The notes beneath the pieces are model-generated. The model worked only from the letters and a program-made list of their open reading frames with translations. It had not been told where the DNA came from and searched no databases. Made by a program: the position numbers and the translations under genes. A stretch of DNA of 64,000 bases from Botryllus schlosseri (Eukaryota): the NCBI GenBank assembly GCA_051294905.1, contig CM119372.1:26476001-26540000 (forward strand). The letters are read 5' to 3'. Shown here in pieces: positions 13,426 through 25,600 of the stretch. How positions within the stretch are numbered: the stretch's first letter is position 1; each line of letters starts with the position of its first letter.

Positions 13426-15294
13426 TTAGCTTGAAGGACGAGCCGTCCATACTCCGGGGTCATCTTCTCCAGCAGCCATCTCCATCCAGTAAGAGCGGGA
13501 AAGGCCGTCGGAAGTAAACACTTGTAAGGTACTCAAGTGTATCACCTTTTCGATTTGGAAACCCGATAACTGATTGAGCCACCGTTGAATTAGTGGTTTA
13601 GGGCTTGGGTTCTTGGCATTGTCTGTCATTCTTTTCAACAGCCCAAACACGCCCATGTTGTCTGTGATGATTGTGAACGGTAGTGCGCGTAACATCGATT
13701 GCCATTTTTCCACAGAATCCTTCAGAGCCTTTAGTTCTTTTGTACAGGGGTCGTACACTTTCGCCGTGGGTGTAGCCCATTTTTGGCTGTAAAAGGCGAT
13801 AGGGTACACCTTGTCGAATGGTGGGGTACATCCCACTTCAGTCTGAAATATCACTGAACCAAAACCCACATCAGACGCATCTGATTCGACATACAAGGGA
13901 AGATTTGGGTTGAGATGATACAGCACCCTTGTATCGTTTAGCAGGGCTTGCGCTGTCTTGAAATCCTGCAGCAATTCTTTAGTCCAAAGCAACGGTGTTA
14001 TCCTGCCCTGAGTCGCTGGAACTTTTCCAGTGAGAGCATCAAACTTAGCCAGTTTTAGGCTCAACTCCGGTATATGTTCTGAGATATATCGAAGTGCACC
14101 AATCCACCCCCGGAGTTCGTAAATATTGTGGGGTGGCGCAAGTTCTTTGAGCGCTCGCACTCGTTCGGGCTGAACTTCGATTTCCTTACCCGTTACGGTT
14201 GCACCCAGCAGATTTACCCGTCGTTTACCAAAGAAACACTTATTGATGCTTACAGTCAGTTTCATCTTAGCCAGTTGTTCAAACACCAGTCGTAATAGCA
14301 CCAGGTGATCGTCGACTGTCTTCGTACTTAGAAATATATCATCAATGTAGGCCTCGATGGGCGTCGCTGTAGCTTCGTCCAGACGACCATGTTCTTTCAT
14401 GCACTTCCGGTAACTCTCTGTGATAGGCGTGACCACGCATTTCTGCATATTTGACATCCAAAAAGCCAGAGAAATGCGGAGCCCCATCGGCATCTTGCGC
14501 CATCGTATATGCATTCCCTTCACAGCAATGCCTACATACTGCTTAGACCTTTCCGTCATATCCATGTGGAAATAGGCCTTCTTCAAGTCCAGCAGGGAAA
14601 GTACCTCTCGGCCTTGCGCGAGCTGCTTTACGTCAGGTACAAGGGGTGGGGGAACCTCTATAGACTTGATGGCTGCATTCAGAGGCTGAAGATTTTGTAC
14701 AACCCTCCACGCTTGTTTCCATCCGTCCTCTTGTTTTTGCCGTTCATTCATTTTCTGGGGTACCACGAAAATGGCCAGTTTCCATTGGGCAAACCCTTGT
14801 TCAATGACTCCCAAATCCAGGAAGTTTTCTACGGATTCTTGCAATGCCTTAGCCTGTTCCTCCCCCTTCAGGTTATATGGACCTGACACAAATGGTTTGG
14901 TAGAGGGGTCCTTAAGTTCAATGTCACATTTATAATCCATAACTTGTGGAGCTTTGAGATGACCTCGCAGGTCTTCAAGTTCGTTCGCGTACGGCTCGTA
15001 AATCTCTCTCCAAACCTGGTCCGGTATGATTGTATTATCCGGACATGTGAGGTCCGGAGGTTTGTATGGAGATTTGGCAAGTTCAACTGCTTGGCTGCAT
15101 AGCCGTTCCAACTCTGTCCTCACTTTCTTATCAGTTCCATCATACAGTTCATACGTTTTTATCGGGCCACGACCATGTCTATAGAGGCCGTGGCGCGGTT
15201 TTGATGCCGGTGGAGAGAGAGCGAGGGTATCAGTAATCAGTGGGGCTTCCACACTCGATTTTTTTCTGCCTCTGAAGGGGCTGCGTGCCCGCAT
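13426..15294 (-). CDS. pol: Reverse transcriptase-RNase H, Ty3/gypsy-like (Ortervirales type)
   Basis: RT motifs: WRVVQNLQPLN, LLDLKKAYFHM, MPMGLR, YIDDIFL, KCFFGKRRVNLLG. RNase H motifs: VESDASDVGFGSVIFQ, YPIAFYSQK, KELKAL, IITDN, SDGLSR. Confidence 0.95.
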   Translation of the reverse strand: MRARSPFRGRKKSSVEAPLITDTLALSPPASKPRHGLYRHGRGPIKTYELYDGTDKKVRTELERLCSQAVELAKSPYKPPDLTCPDNTIIPDQVWREIYEPYANELEDLRGHLKAPQVMDYKCDIELKDPSTKPFVSGPYNLKGEEQAKALQESVENFLDLGVIEQGFAQWKLAIFVVPQKMNERQKQEDGWKQAWRVVQNLQPLNAAIKSIEVPPPLVPDVKQLAQGREVLSLLDLKKAYFHMDMTERSKQYVGIAVKGMHIRWRKMPMGLRISLAFWMSNMQKCVVTPITESYRKCMKEHGRLDEATATPIEAYIDDIFLSTKTVDDHLVLLRLVFEQLAKMKLTVSINKCFFGKRRVNLLGATVTGKEIEVQPERVRALKELAPPHNIYELRGWIGALRYISEHIPELSLKLAKFDALTGKVPATQGRITPLLWTKELLQDFKTAQALLNDTRVLYHLNPNLPLYVESDASDVGFGSVIFQTEVGCTPPFDKVYPIAFYSQKWATPTAKVYDPCTKELKALKDSVEKWQSMLRALPFTIITDNMGVFGLLKRMTDNAKNPSPKPLIQRWLNQLSGFQIEKVIHLSTLQVFTSDGLSRSYWMEMAAGEDDPGVWTARPSS

Positions 15295-16309
15295 CCAACT
15301 TCACGCCGGCGGTTTCAACGCCCGCCGGGGGCCCTTTTTCTGGAGAGGCGTGCATATGGCCTCCAGACTCTTCTTCATCCACAAAATTTGTAGTGTGGAT
15401 GTCGACAGCTGCTTTCAATGCTATCTTCTCGGTTTGCGGCACAACTGCTGCGGCCATGGAGCCGTCGTGAACGATTCCCACTCTTCTATCGTGGCGAATG
15501 CAGTAGCCGTAGTTTTCAGGAATCTCTTGAACATGTCGTTCCTGAGAGGTGCTAGCGGGGCTTCCGCGCTCAGCACGCAAGGATTTCGGGGTCACAGCGC
15601 TCACCCGACTTAATTTTGTATCCGTGGTTTCTCCACACTTGGCGCAAAATCCTTCCGAGAGACAGGGACATCTATGGTCCCGAGGGGCGTCAGCTGGGCT
15701 TCCAGTCTCGACGCTATGTAACGTTGCAGCTTCCACCGACCCATCACCAGTAGCAGCGTTGCAAGTACTGCTCCCAGCTATGGTTTTTGCCGTGTCCGAA
15801 TACACGGACAATGATAGTTCATAATTCACTGTAGTGGGATCCTTCAATTCTGTCGCTACTGAGGGTAGCCGTTGAACTTGCTCAATCCACTTTAGTCCGA
15901 TAATGTTCAACGGGACTCCTTCACCAGTTGCAAATGGAACCGGTAAGTTGTCCAGCTTGATGATGACGACAAAGTCGACACTGGATGATCCTCCTATGCC
16001 GCGTAATTTCATATCGAGTTGCTGCCTTTCAGTCCAGCTTTCTGGGTAGGCCGCTTTAACCGCATCTTGGGTTATCAGGTTAGGAACACTTCTTGTATCC
16101 GCAAGAAATTGTGTACCTGTTTTTGTGTCTGTAAAATACAATAATTGGCCGCCAAATAAGTCCCTAAAATCGGGCTGCGGCATTTTGTCCGGCAAATCGA
16201 AAAATGTAAATAAGGGTAATTCAGAGTTATGTATAGTCTTTGTATAATGGTGTAACACTAAATCGGGCAACTGATTTACCGGATCCATCAGCGCCCCCAA
16301 GCGTTTTTT
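15230..16309 (-). CDS. Retropepsin-like protease region, reached by -1 frameshift from gag
   Basis: FLADTRSVPNLI is a DTG motif with G->R. The flap-like LRGIGG and C-terminal NIIGLKWI (ILGxD/W-type) motifs are present. It lies between the zinc knuckle and RT. Confidence 0.75.
   Translation of the reverse strand, partial: KKRLGALMDPVNQLPDLVLHHYTKTIHNSELPLFTFFDLPDKMPQPDFRDLFGGQLLYFTDTKTGTQFLADTRSVPNLITQDAVKAAYPESWTERQQLDMKLRGIGGSSSVDFVVIIKLDNLPVPFATGEGVPLNIIGLKWIEQVQRLPSVATELKDPTTVNYELSLSVYSDTAKTIAGSSTCNAATGDGSVEAATLHSVETGSPADAPRDHRCPCLSEGFCAKCGETTDTKLSRVSAVTPKSLRAERGSPASTSQERHVQEIPENYGYCIRHDRRVGIVHDGSMAAAVVPQTEKIALKAAVDIHTTNFVDEEESGGHMHASPEKGPPAGVETAGVKLDAGTQPLQRQKKIECGSPTDY
16262..16309 (-). 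promoter_or_regulatory. -1 programmed ribosomal frameshift signal (A AAA AAC plus downstream stem-loop)
   Basis: The gag frame reads GCA AAA AAC GCT TGG GGG CGC TGA, and the -1 frame opens the protease ORF. GGGCGCTGAT...ATCAGTTGCCC can pair about 6 nt downstream. Confidence 0.8.
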
Positions 16310-18750
16310 GCCAGCACCAAACCCTGGTGCAATTCCTCATCAGTCCAGTACGGGTTATTACTGGGTTGGAATTGTGGGTGATAATGGGGTTCGTGATATT
16401 GGGTTTGGTGATATTGGGATGGGGCATATTGAGGTTGGGTCCATGCGACAGTATTAGCGTTATTGGCAGGCTGACCCCCCGTATTTGGTGGTCCTTGTGG
16501 CCCCCATTGCTCTCTATTATGCCAATGCGTCTTGTCACGATTTTTGGGTCTATCGTCATAATAATTCTCACATAGGGTGGTTCTCTCAATGAACGAGGGA
16601 GACCCCTGGGACGCAAAATACCGGTCCAAATCGGGTATTGTTAGTAGTTGGTTAGCCTCCAAAAAAGGAAGCCAATTTCTCTCAGTTGTTTCTTTGACAT
16701 GGGCGGGCACCGGTCGAACACGTTTTCTTATAACCCAGCCCAATACATCATCTTTAGTCAGTACTTGATCATTCAGCCATAATATGAATTTTACCACGCA
16801 ATTGCGAGATTGATGCCCCGGTGATTTACAATAATAACAGACCGACAAGGCCTGTCCCTGCGAGGGGTTTAAATACAATCCTAACGGCGCAAATATATTA
16901 GGGTTGCCAAGGAAATTATACCTCTCACCTTGGGTGTTCGAAATCTGGCTCGCCTCTTGACTGTTGGACGGCGTCAGCTGCGAATGGTCAACCCCGACAC
17001 CCGAATCTTAAGTCTGCGGAAGGCCGCGCCCCCTCTGGTCTGAAGCTGGCATCCCCGGAGTCGGTCGTGCGTTCTGAGAGTTTCGTGGACGCTGGCCGTT
17101 GTTTCTGCTCGCGTCGGGCTGTCTTCCCGACCTTCCTAGGACCCTCGATCCCGTCTGCCTCTCGGGTGCAGCACTCCTTCGATAGGGGTTTCCACCAGCC
17201 ATCACGGCATTAGGAAAACGATTTGTTTTGGCTGTACGACCAGGATTTCGTCGTGGCAGCGGATTACGATCCGGTGCCGGGTTTCGCTGACGTCCGGTTG
17301 CTTGCGCAGACTGGGGAGGCCTGCTAGCAGGCATGGGCGGCGGAGGGGGCGGTGGGGCTGAATTTATCACGGCAGGCGCTGTACCAGCTTGCACCGGTCG
17401 AGTAGGATAACTCGGCATTATCTGCCCCGCCGGTTGCACATTATAGATATGCACTGGTGGTAGGGGTGGCACAGTATCAGCATTCTTTCGCTTACTGTTG
17501 TGTTTGTCTTTTCGGGGGAATCTTCCCTCTTCTTGATCATCCAAAAATTCCGTGTTCCAGAACATCTGCAATTCCTCAGCCACATTTCTCCAAGAGCCAT
17601 ATTCATACCCACGGATTAAGATCCTAAGGGCCTGAGGGAGTTGACGTCGTAAGTGTCTGAAAAGGCGCAGTCCATCCGGATTTTTCGTGATACAATCACT
17701 CATATTAATTTCAAGCTGCTTTAGCGTGCTGTTGAGCAGTGGTAGTGGTTCGTCGTCCCAGGAGTAGTTATTTCGAAACTCATTTATGATTTTCTCATTG
17801 TTCGCCAATCCTTGTGGGTTGGACAATGATAGAGATCGCATGACAGACTCCCAGCTGGGTTTACCAGAATTGGTATTGAAGAAATTTCCCAATTGCCTGA
17901 CTTGTTTTTGGCGTCCAGCTTGTTTCAGCTTTTTCTGCATCGCATTTGACAATATGATATCTTCGTTAGTATCACCCTCCCCATGCTCAATGCGCTCCAT
18001 TGTATTCGCCATCCATTTGACGAGCGGCATGTCATCAGGGTCCATCATGAGCTGCATCATTTCTTTCTCAGTCTGAAGTCTGGCAGGTCTTTCGGCAACA
18101 TGTACTGTATGTGCATGAGCCCGGTTGCCAGCAAGCTCCCCATACGGGCCGCCGAATTGTCGTTGTGGGCGATTGGGGCTCCCATCAATGTCATCAGGGG
18201 TAGATTGAAATCTAGGTGGTCCTGTTGTGAACTGAGAAGGCGCATAATCTTCATCAAAATAACCTGGACCCCTAAGCGCGTCAAACAGCTCATCTGGTCG
18301 GCGTTCATGCTGTCGTGGCAAGTCATTTGGAGAGGGGCCCTCACATTTTGGCTCTCCTCCCTGGGAGACCCGGCCAGCTTCTTCGAAAACCACATGCCTT
18401 GTCTCATCAGGTTCACTACGCGCCCGACGCTTTCCTAGCGCGTTGAAAGTTAGTCGTACATTGTCCCGGCCATTCCTGGCTACCCCCGCCTGCAAAAACC
18501 TTGACGGTTCGGTGTATCTGGGTAGGTAATCGTCATCAAATCGCACTTCGACGTCTGATCCAGGGCCATTTTTAGGAGCAGGAGCGGGCATATTGTCTCG
18601 CTCACACCTGTCCAGGGACCTCGATCGCATCTGTTCCATTGCGTCCGACAGTCTCTGGCCGGGCGTCGTAGTCAGTCGAAGTGCAGGACCGGCCTGTTGT
18701 GATGTTCCGGTGCGACGAGCCGATGATGTTCGGGCCGTCTTACGTACCAT
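16288..18750 (-). CDS. gag: Gag-like polyprotein (~820 codons) with a CCHC zinc knuckle, interrupted by one in-frame TAA at 17008-17010
   Basis: ORFs 17008-18750 and 16288-16878 share a frame, and I read no other stop between them. Knuckle CYYCKSPGHQSRNC (CX2CX4HX4C); helical capsid-like middle; Pro/Arg-rich linker; located upstream of pro-pol. Confidence 0.8.
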
Positions 18751-18806
18751 ATCTCCAGATTTTGATCCGGGTAGAGTGGGATAGACTGCCGTTACTGTAT
18801 GACAAT

Positions 18807-19295
18807 CTAGGCCTTTGGTAACCTGGAGTTTAGGTCGGAGCGTCGCCCTATCGGTGCCTCGTCCAGATTGTTGATCGTATGACGATGGTAGCGTGGCAGG
18901 TAATATTGCGAGAGCGGGAGATGGTCGGGGGGGGGCTTATCTCCGACCGCTCTAGTGTGTTCTCTCCCTAACTCAAACTCGGCCTTCAAGACTTGATTCA
19001 GTACATCAGTGGACACTTTACCACTGACTTTAGCTGTGGCATCGCTGACTGCTTTCAAATCAGCTTGGGCCTGTTTAACCTCTTCTTTGGCTTTGTCCAA
19101 TTCTTTTACCGCTACTGGCAAAACTGCTTTGACGTCCTGAAGGAGCTTCGTCTGTTCAGCGGCGCTTTGAGCTAGTCTTTTCTCCTGGTCTCTTACGTTT
19201 TCGTGACGCCTTTGCGTAGCTTTGAACAGTTGTATACCCTGCTCAAGCTCAGCAACCGCCTCCGGCGATTTTTTCTTTCGGAAGAATTTCTTCAT
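18807..19295 (-). CDS. Small coiled-coil protein with basic N-terminus upstream of gag (accessory or matrix-like; unknown)
   Basis: ATG-initiated 162 aa, starting MKKFFRKKK and followed by heptad-rich Ala/Glu/Lys/Gln sequence; co-oriented, ends 57 bp before the gag ATG. Confidence 0.6.
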   Translation of the reverse strand: MKKFFRKKKSPEAVAELEQGIQLFKATQRRHENVRDQEKRLAQSAAEQTKLLQDVKAVLPVAVKELDKAKEEVKQAQADLKAVSDATAKVSGKVSTDVLNQVLKAEFELGREHTRAVGDKPPPDHLPLSQYYLPRYHRHTINNLDEAPIGRRSDLNSRLPKA

Positions 19296-19611
19296 CTCGC
19301 CTCCCTATTGACGGGCGATTTTGTTAGAGAACCGCTTGTTCGTAGTACCGATCTCTAAATCAGCTGCAAATCGCCGCAAGTAGATAGAGTTCAGTCTGGC
19401 AAATAGCGTGATCAGTACCGAGATGAAGGTGACGAAAGACAGAGTTCGAACAACGCAGGGATCGGGTCGCATCAGCTTCCAGCTCCCTTCTTATGCGAGT
19501 GGGGCTCAAGTAGTTACTTTTGACGCCGCTGAGAAACGGTTGGGACCTCCAGTAGTTTATAGTGTAGCTTGAGGTCTTTGTGGCCTCCAAGTAGCCTACA
19601 CTGTGTTCATA

Positions 19612-20050
19612 GGTGTCCGGTCAATACCGAGAAAACCATTACCGAGAATGCCATTACCGAGAATGGACACCACCGAGAATGGACATTACCGAGAATGGAC
19701 ACCACAGAGAATGGACATTACCGAGAATGGACACCACCGAGAATGGACATTACCGAGAATGCCATATATGCAATGCAGGCATGTTGTGCATATGCACAGG
19801 TCGTGTGAGTGCATCACGGCGTTGCCACATTCAGTAGCGATGCTCAGGTATAAATTTCTCGACAACGTCAGTCCCAGTTAGCTATATTCTTGACATTGGC
19901 CATTCTCGGTAATGTCCATTCTCGGTGGTGTCCATTCTCGGTAATGATCATTCTCGGTAATGTCCATTCTCGGTAATGTCCATTCTCGGTAATGCCGTTC
20001 TCGGTAATGTCCATTCTCGGTAATGGTTTTCTCGGTATTGGTATAGAACC
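19612..20050. mobile_element. Foldback-type MITE (Mutator- or Merlin-like) with internally repetitive TIRs
   Basis: 9-bp TSD GTGTTCATA at 19603-19611 and 20051-20059; GG...CC ends. Arrays of ACCGAGAATGGACA(TT/CC) on the left are mirrored by CCATTCTCGGT arrays on the right. Confidence 0.88.
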
Positions 20051-22635
20051 GTGTTCATATACCTCAGCGGATGCAAAAGTTCACTTGATGTATGTCTTTG
20101 TGTGATCCCCACTCTTTTCGGCGAAGTCGATCTTTGATTGAAGTCTTTGTAGTTGCAGCAGCTACAGCAATGACCGTTCAAGGCCCAGATGACTATTATA
20201 ACTCTTATACGGTAGCCTATAACCTTAATACAACCAAATACTCCAATCAGGTCGTGCAGATAACAATAGGGCTTCTCTATGCACATTACACATACTGATA
20301 AAAAACCAAAAGTTAACCTATTTATCATCATGCACGATCTAAAATCAAAATAATTCTCCAAGGTTTGTTTTCACAATAGATGTGATGGCCTTTCCTGCCA
20401 GATACATAATATGCAAGTGATATGCCAGTAGATGCCCACAAAAGTATCAGCACTCAGAGTCCAAGCCAACCAATTGGCAGATCACCAGTTCATTCATAAA
20501 AGTATCACAGTCTTTGCAGATTGCAGGTGTATATGTATATACCCATTTTCAGTTGAGGCATTGATTTCTTGTTGAGTCGTTTCTTCAAATCCTTTCGTGT
20601 CATATTCGGGGACAGGGAATTCCATCAGGATACGGGGGTTCGTGCGGGGCTCTGTAGTAGCGAGATTTCAAATTCAATATATCTCGAATACTGTTCTGGT
20701 TTGGTCCATCAGTTCATCGACTTCATGGACCTGTACCGACGCATTTATTCGCACTGCTTCATTTCTGTGTACCTTACAACTGTGGCAAGCAGGCGATCCT
20801 ATCAATGTATGCTTGAGAGCCTTTACGGGGACATCCGAACATCACCCTATGAGCCCAAACGACGTCAGACTCTTTCAATGCCGTCGTCAATGTTTTGTGG
20901 ATGTTCTGCTTCGGTGGTGGTGGAGGTGGTGGTGGTGGTTGAATTTGGCATCCATGCTGCCTACATGGGTAACAATTGTTCACAGCAGCTGCTATACAAT
21001 TCGTGTGGGCACCACATGACACATAGATATAAAATGCATACACTAATATAAAATAACGGCAACACTTACTGCAAAAGTTCGCATGCACGAAAAATGGTGG
21101 CCCCATTTAATGGCAGCATGATCGTAAAACTGGCATGCATACGACAATTCCATATAAGCATCACTCTATTTTCGACACATTTGCATCGCAAACCATAGTT
21201 TCAGTTCCGTACTGGTGATTGAATGGCTACGCCGCACTACATAGAGACGCCAATCAGATTATCCAGCCAGGCAAATATACCACAAGTTATGGCCAGCTCA
21301 TTCCAATCAACCTTCCGAAACTGCCCACTCTTTTCCAATCATTAAATTTAGATGGTATTTAAGATTTTTTTTTTATTATGACCAGGGCAAGCTGTGCCCT
21401 GCTAGGCATAATACTTATATACTTTTATATTTGATTTTCGATTTCGGGGTCCATCCACTCTTACATAGGGGCGGGAGGATATAGCCCATACTCTGCAATT
21501 ACGCATATAGGTTCGATTCCAGTGTCAAGAATGCCACCGTCTTAGCTCAATGAACACAGCTATCGTGCCAAATATGGCGCACTACTAGTGATATTATTCT
21601 TGACCAAGTATTATTCAGAATTACTTTCTTCGAATTGTCTTTATGCGTAAGGTTACAGATTTATAATTATAATAATCAATACAAACAAGACAGGGTGATT
21701 ACATATCTGTCGCTTCCGCGATGGCTTATTCCGTATTAGCAGCTTCATATGGGTAGCTAGGCGATTCATATAGACCACCGCTATTCTTTTCAGTTACTAT
21801 AGCCTTCTCCATACTCTAGTAGCTATAATGGTGCTATTTTCTTAGCTTTTAGGTGGGGAGGACCTTATCGGAATCCTAAAGAGACCGTGTCGATCTAATT
21901 AATATATACATAACTACATATTTGACTCATATCATCAATATTTCATTTTTGTTAGTACACTGATATATCACAAAACAAGCGAATTCCAAGCATCCCGTGT
22001 ACAGTACATATTTTTTTGTTTGTAATATTTTATTCGGCATGTTCAAAAAATGAAATATGCACGTTGAATAAATATACTCGCGACTTCGGTCACCTTGCGA
22101 AAATGGAAAAACATAAACGCAGAACAAAACCCACCATTTACGGTGGTGGGGAAAAGATTTTATTTAACAAAAAATAAATGCGAGAAATCACAAAATGAAA
22201 ATGCGATAATATATTGACATGGGCCAGAGAAGACATGGCCAGTTCGCCCGGGGACGGGGGGCACCAACAAACAAAGGCCTCCACCAAAAACACACAATAT
22301 ATGTGGTGGAGGCCGACAAACAACACAAAAATAAGGGGGCGAACTGGCGAGGTCCGACTGCGGGCATTATCATAAGTATTGTGGTGATGAAAATCCAAAA
22401 ATGAAGTTATGCAACATGAGGTGGGGGAACTCCTCCCCTTAGCATTTAGTACCACTCTGAAACTAAATTCGAAAACTAAAACTATCAGGGGTCCATTTAT
22501 GTTAATTTGGGGAGGAGTTCCGTGAATCAATCCAGTGTCCAGTTGCCTGCAGTCGAACCCCGTGATGGCTAGCGGACTAAGCTAATAACCAGAACACAAA
22601 ACACATAACAAATAAAAAGCACGTGAAGGGGGGGA

Positions 22636-25600
22636 TCAAGTCCTCTCGTGGTCCCGCACACTACACCAAGCCTTCCAGACACGATGAGAGCCGCGCTGAG
22701 AAGCGACCACGGCTCGCTCGGAGACCAGTCTGGACTCGAAGACCGAAACACCCATTGCACGTAAGGTGGTCAGGTTCCCGGGGTGGTAACTCCCCAGGGA
22801 CCCGACCGCGAACGTATGCATCTCCACCACCTTGGCCGTGGCAACGCGGAGAGACTCACAGAGGTCCTTGTACTTTGAGTGTTTCAGTGCAACGGCAGCG
22901 TCCATACTGGCTACTCCATTCTCGAAGGGGCACACCACATCGATGACCAAGACCCGGCGACGATCCGCTAAGATGAGGTCGGGCCTCAGCCGCCTGTTGG
23001 CCAATGTGGCGTGCTCCTCGCAAACGCGGTCCACATCGAATCTGGAAAAAGAAGAGGAGCTTGGTATACAGTCCAGGAGCACCCCAAGTACCGAATTGTG
23101 CCTGTTCGTGATGCTATCCATCACTGGCAGGCAGTGGTTCAGTACGTGGGGCAGGGTCTCAGTATGCTGTCCGCACTTGCAGCAGACCACACTTGGCTCC
23201 ACACGTTTTCTAAACCGACCCCGGATCGACCGGAGCGGCAGAAGATTCAGTCGAGCTTTAAGCATCCAGCTACGCTCGACTGCCGTCAGGACGTTGGAAG
23301 ACCGGAGGAAGCGATTGGAGCTCCCGTACCGGCTGTGGCACTCCACAGTTTTGCCCTGGTCGGGAAGCTCCATCCACCGTGTCTTCCAACGTTGGTTCAC
23401 CTTCAGGTGAAGGAATTTGGTTAAACGACCCAAATCCTGACAGCAGTCGGCGCCTAGAGCCAACTGGTAGAGCCCGTCTTCGGTCACGAACCAGCGAGCA
23501 CCGAGACGCCTAGCAACGGGTCGGACCTCGGTCCAAAGCCCGTAGGCGTCTCCGTACGCCCTGGAATCGTGCCCTGTTAGACTCACGCAGTTCAAGAACT
23601 CGACTGTCAGGGTCTCCGACGCCTCTGGGACTCGGCAAGTCCTCCGGACGACCAGCGCCAACCTTCCACGCGCAACCGCCCGCACAGAGGGGTCAGTGGA
23701 ATTGACCATTTTGACGGCCTGGGAAAGCCTCAACACATCTGCTTCGCAGCAGAGGTTGGGAATCCCCAGACCGCCAGTCGTCAGCCCAGCATGGAAGAAG
23801 GGCTGACACGCTCTGTTAGGGAGGCGGAATTCCGCCTTCACCAACGTGCGGACACGCGCATCCAGGCGACGCAGATCGCCTCGGAAAAACTTGCGGATTC
23901 TCAACTGAAAAAGGATTCTTGGAATAACGAACCTCTTCAGTGCGAGCAGCTTCTGAAATGAGGTGAGATGTGACAGGAAAAGTCTGTCACAATAGGCCTC
24001 GAAAGTTTTAAGGGCCTTCCCACCTTTCTCGGTTGCCTGGTAACCCATGTTCTTGCCCAGGTATCGCCAGAAAGAGTCACGATCGAGGACCCGGACCTCG
24101 CCACCATCGAGGCAGAACGGGGCCGAGTCCACGATCGATCGGCTTCCCTTGAAACCCAAGGCAAGAACACGACACTTGGCGGGCTTGAACTTCATACCAG
24201 ACCACCGAGAAAATTCATCGCACAGATCTAGTTGTGCTTGAAGCTGGTCGCGAGACGAAGCACACAGACAGGTGTCATCTGCGTAACCCTGAACTCTGAC
24301 GGTGACGCCATCCGCTGCAGAAAACCGATAACCGCTGCTTTGAAGCCCAGCAACGCCACGCAGGAGAACCTCCATGACCAGGTTGAAGGTGATGGCCGAT
24401 AAAGGGCATCCTTGACGGACACCCTTCCCCGCTGGAATGGGGTCTGTCGGACCAGAGCTGGTCGCGACTGCAAACACGTTAGACGCGTAGATATCGGTCA
24501 TCACCTCCACCAGATACTCCGGGGCGTTAAAGTGCTTCAGGACCTCGATCACGGATCCATGCCGAACGGTACCGAATGCATTGCGGATGTCAAGCCAGGC
24601 AAGATAAATATCCTGCCTTGACGACTTGGCATCCGCAAGCAAGGACTCAAGCATGAACACGTGCTCGAAGACCCCCTCTCGCGGAACAAACCCCTTTTGT
24701 TCCATGGAGATAACGTCTCCATCGGAAGCCCAGCTCTGAAGACGGCGAGCGATTACGGACGCGTAGATCTTGTACAGCGTCCTGGATAGCGCGATGGGTC
24801 TCCAGTTACCGACGTCTTGCATGTCGCCGTCGCGGTCCTTTGGAATCAGGATTACCCGCGACGAGCGCCACACAAGTGGAATACGTCGGCAACGCCTACA
24901 GACTTCGAAAAGCTCAGAGAGGATTTCTCCCTTGGGGTCTAAGCGTTTCCAAAATCCATAGGTGAGACCATCGGAGCCTGGCGAACTACTGGTGTTTAGG
25001 GTCGCCAGCACTCCTGCTACCTCTGATGAAGTAATCGACTCGTCGTCAACAGCAGAAGCCAGGTTGCCCTGGTAACTGTGCTGAGACATCCAGCGAGGAA
25101 AAGCAGCAATATTATCAGTGACGTCAGCGGCGGCGTCAGCACGAAATTTCCGCTCGATTATGTCGGCAGGAATTTCGCACCGTTTACCGCCAGAATCATC
25201 CTCGATGATCTGTCTGACCGTTTCCTTCTGATTGCGCCAGAAAGCGGACCGAAGATGTTGGGCTGCCCCAGGTCGACACTCGCGCTGGCCATTCAATTGA
25301 TTGACCTTAGCACGGCGTTGTGCTTCGCGCGAGTATCGGTTCCTAGGGCGTTTACGGCCGGGAGGGCGGCTGCAATCAGAGGCACGGTCAGTCCAGAGCT
25401 CCAGCTCACGTTCAAGGTGCCCGAAAGCCTCGATGGTGTGAGGACATTCTGACACCAAGTCCGCAAGCTCCGAGCGCAACTCGCGCAGATCGACTTGTGC
25501 ACGAGGTGCGCCCGGTTCGGGAGAAGGCACGTCGACATCTATTTGGTCGCGTGCATTTACCGAAGGAGACAATCTCGTCGGGCTTTCACAGCCGCCGACA

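Noticed and set aside
12578..19600. Conventional LTR retrotransposon
   Set aside because: No TG..CA long direct repeats, convincing PBS or 4-6-bp TSD found by eye, and no integrase. The weak TGGTATCGAGC match near 28735-28745 is too short and too distant to call a PBS.
19569..19881. Repetitive ENGHYREWT peptides
   Set aside because: Translation of the MITE's tandem TIR repeats.
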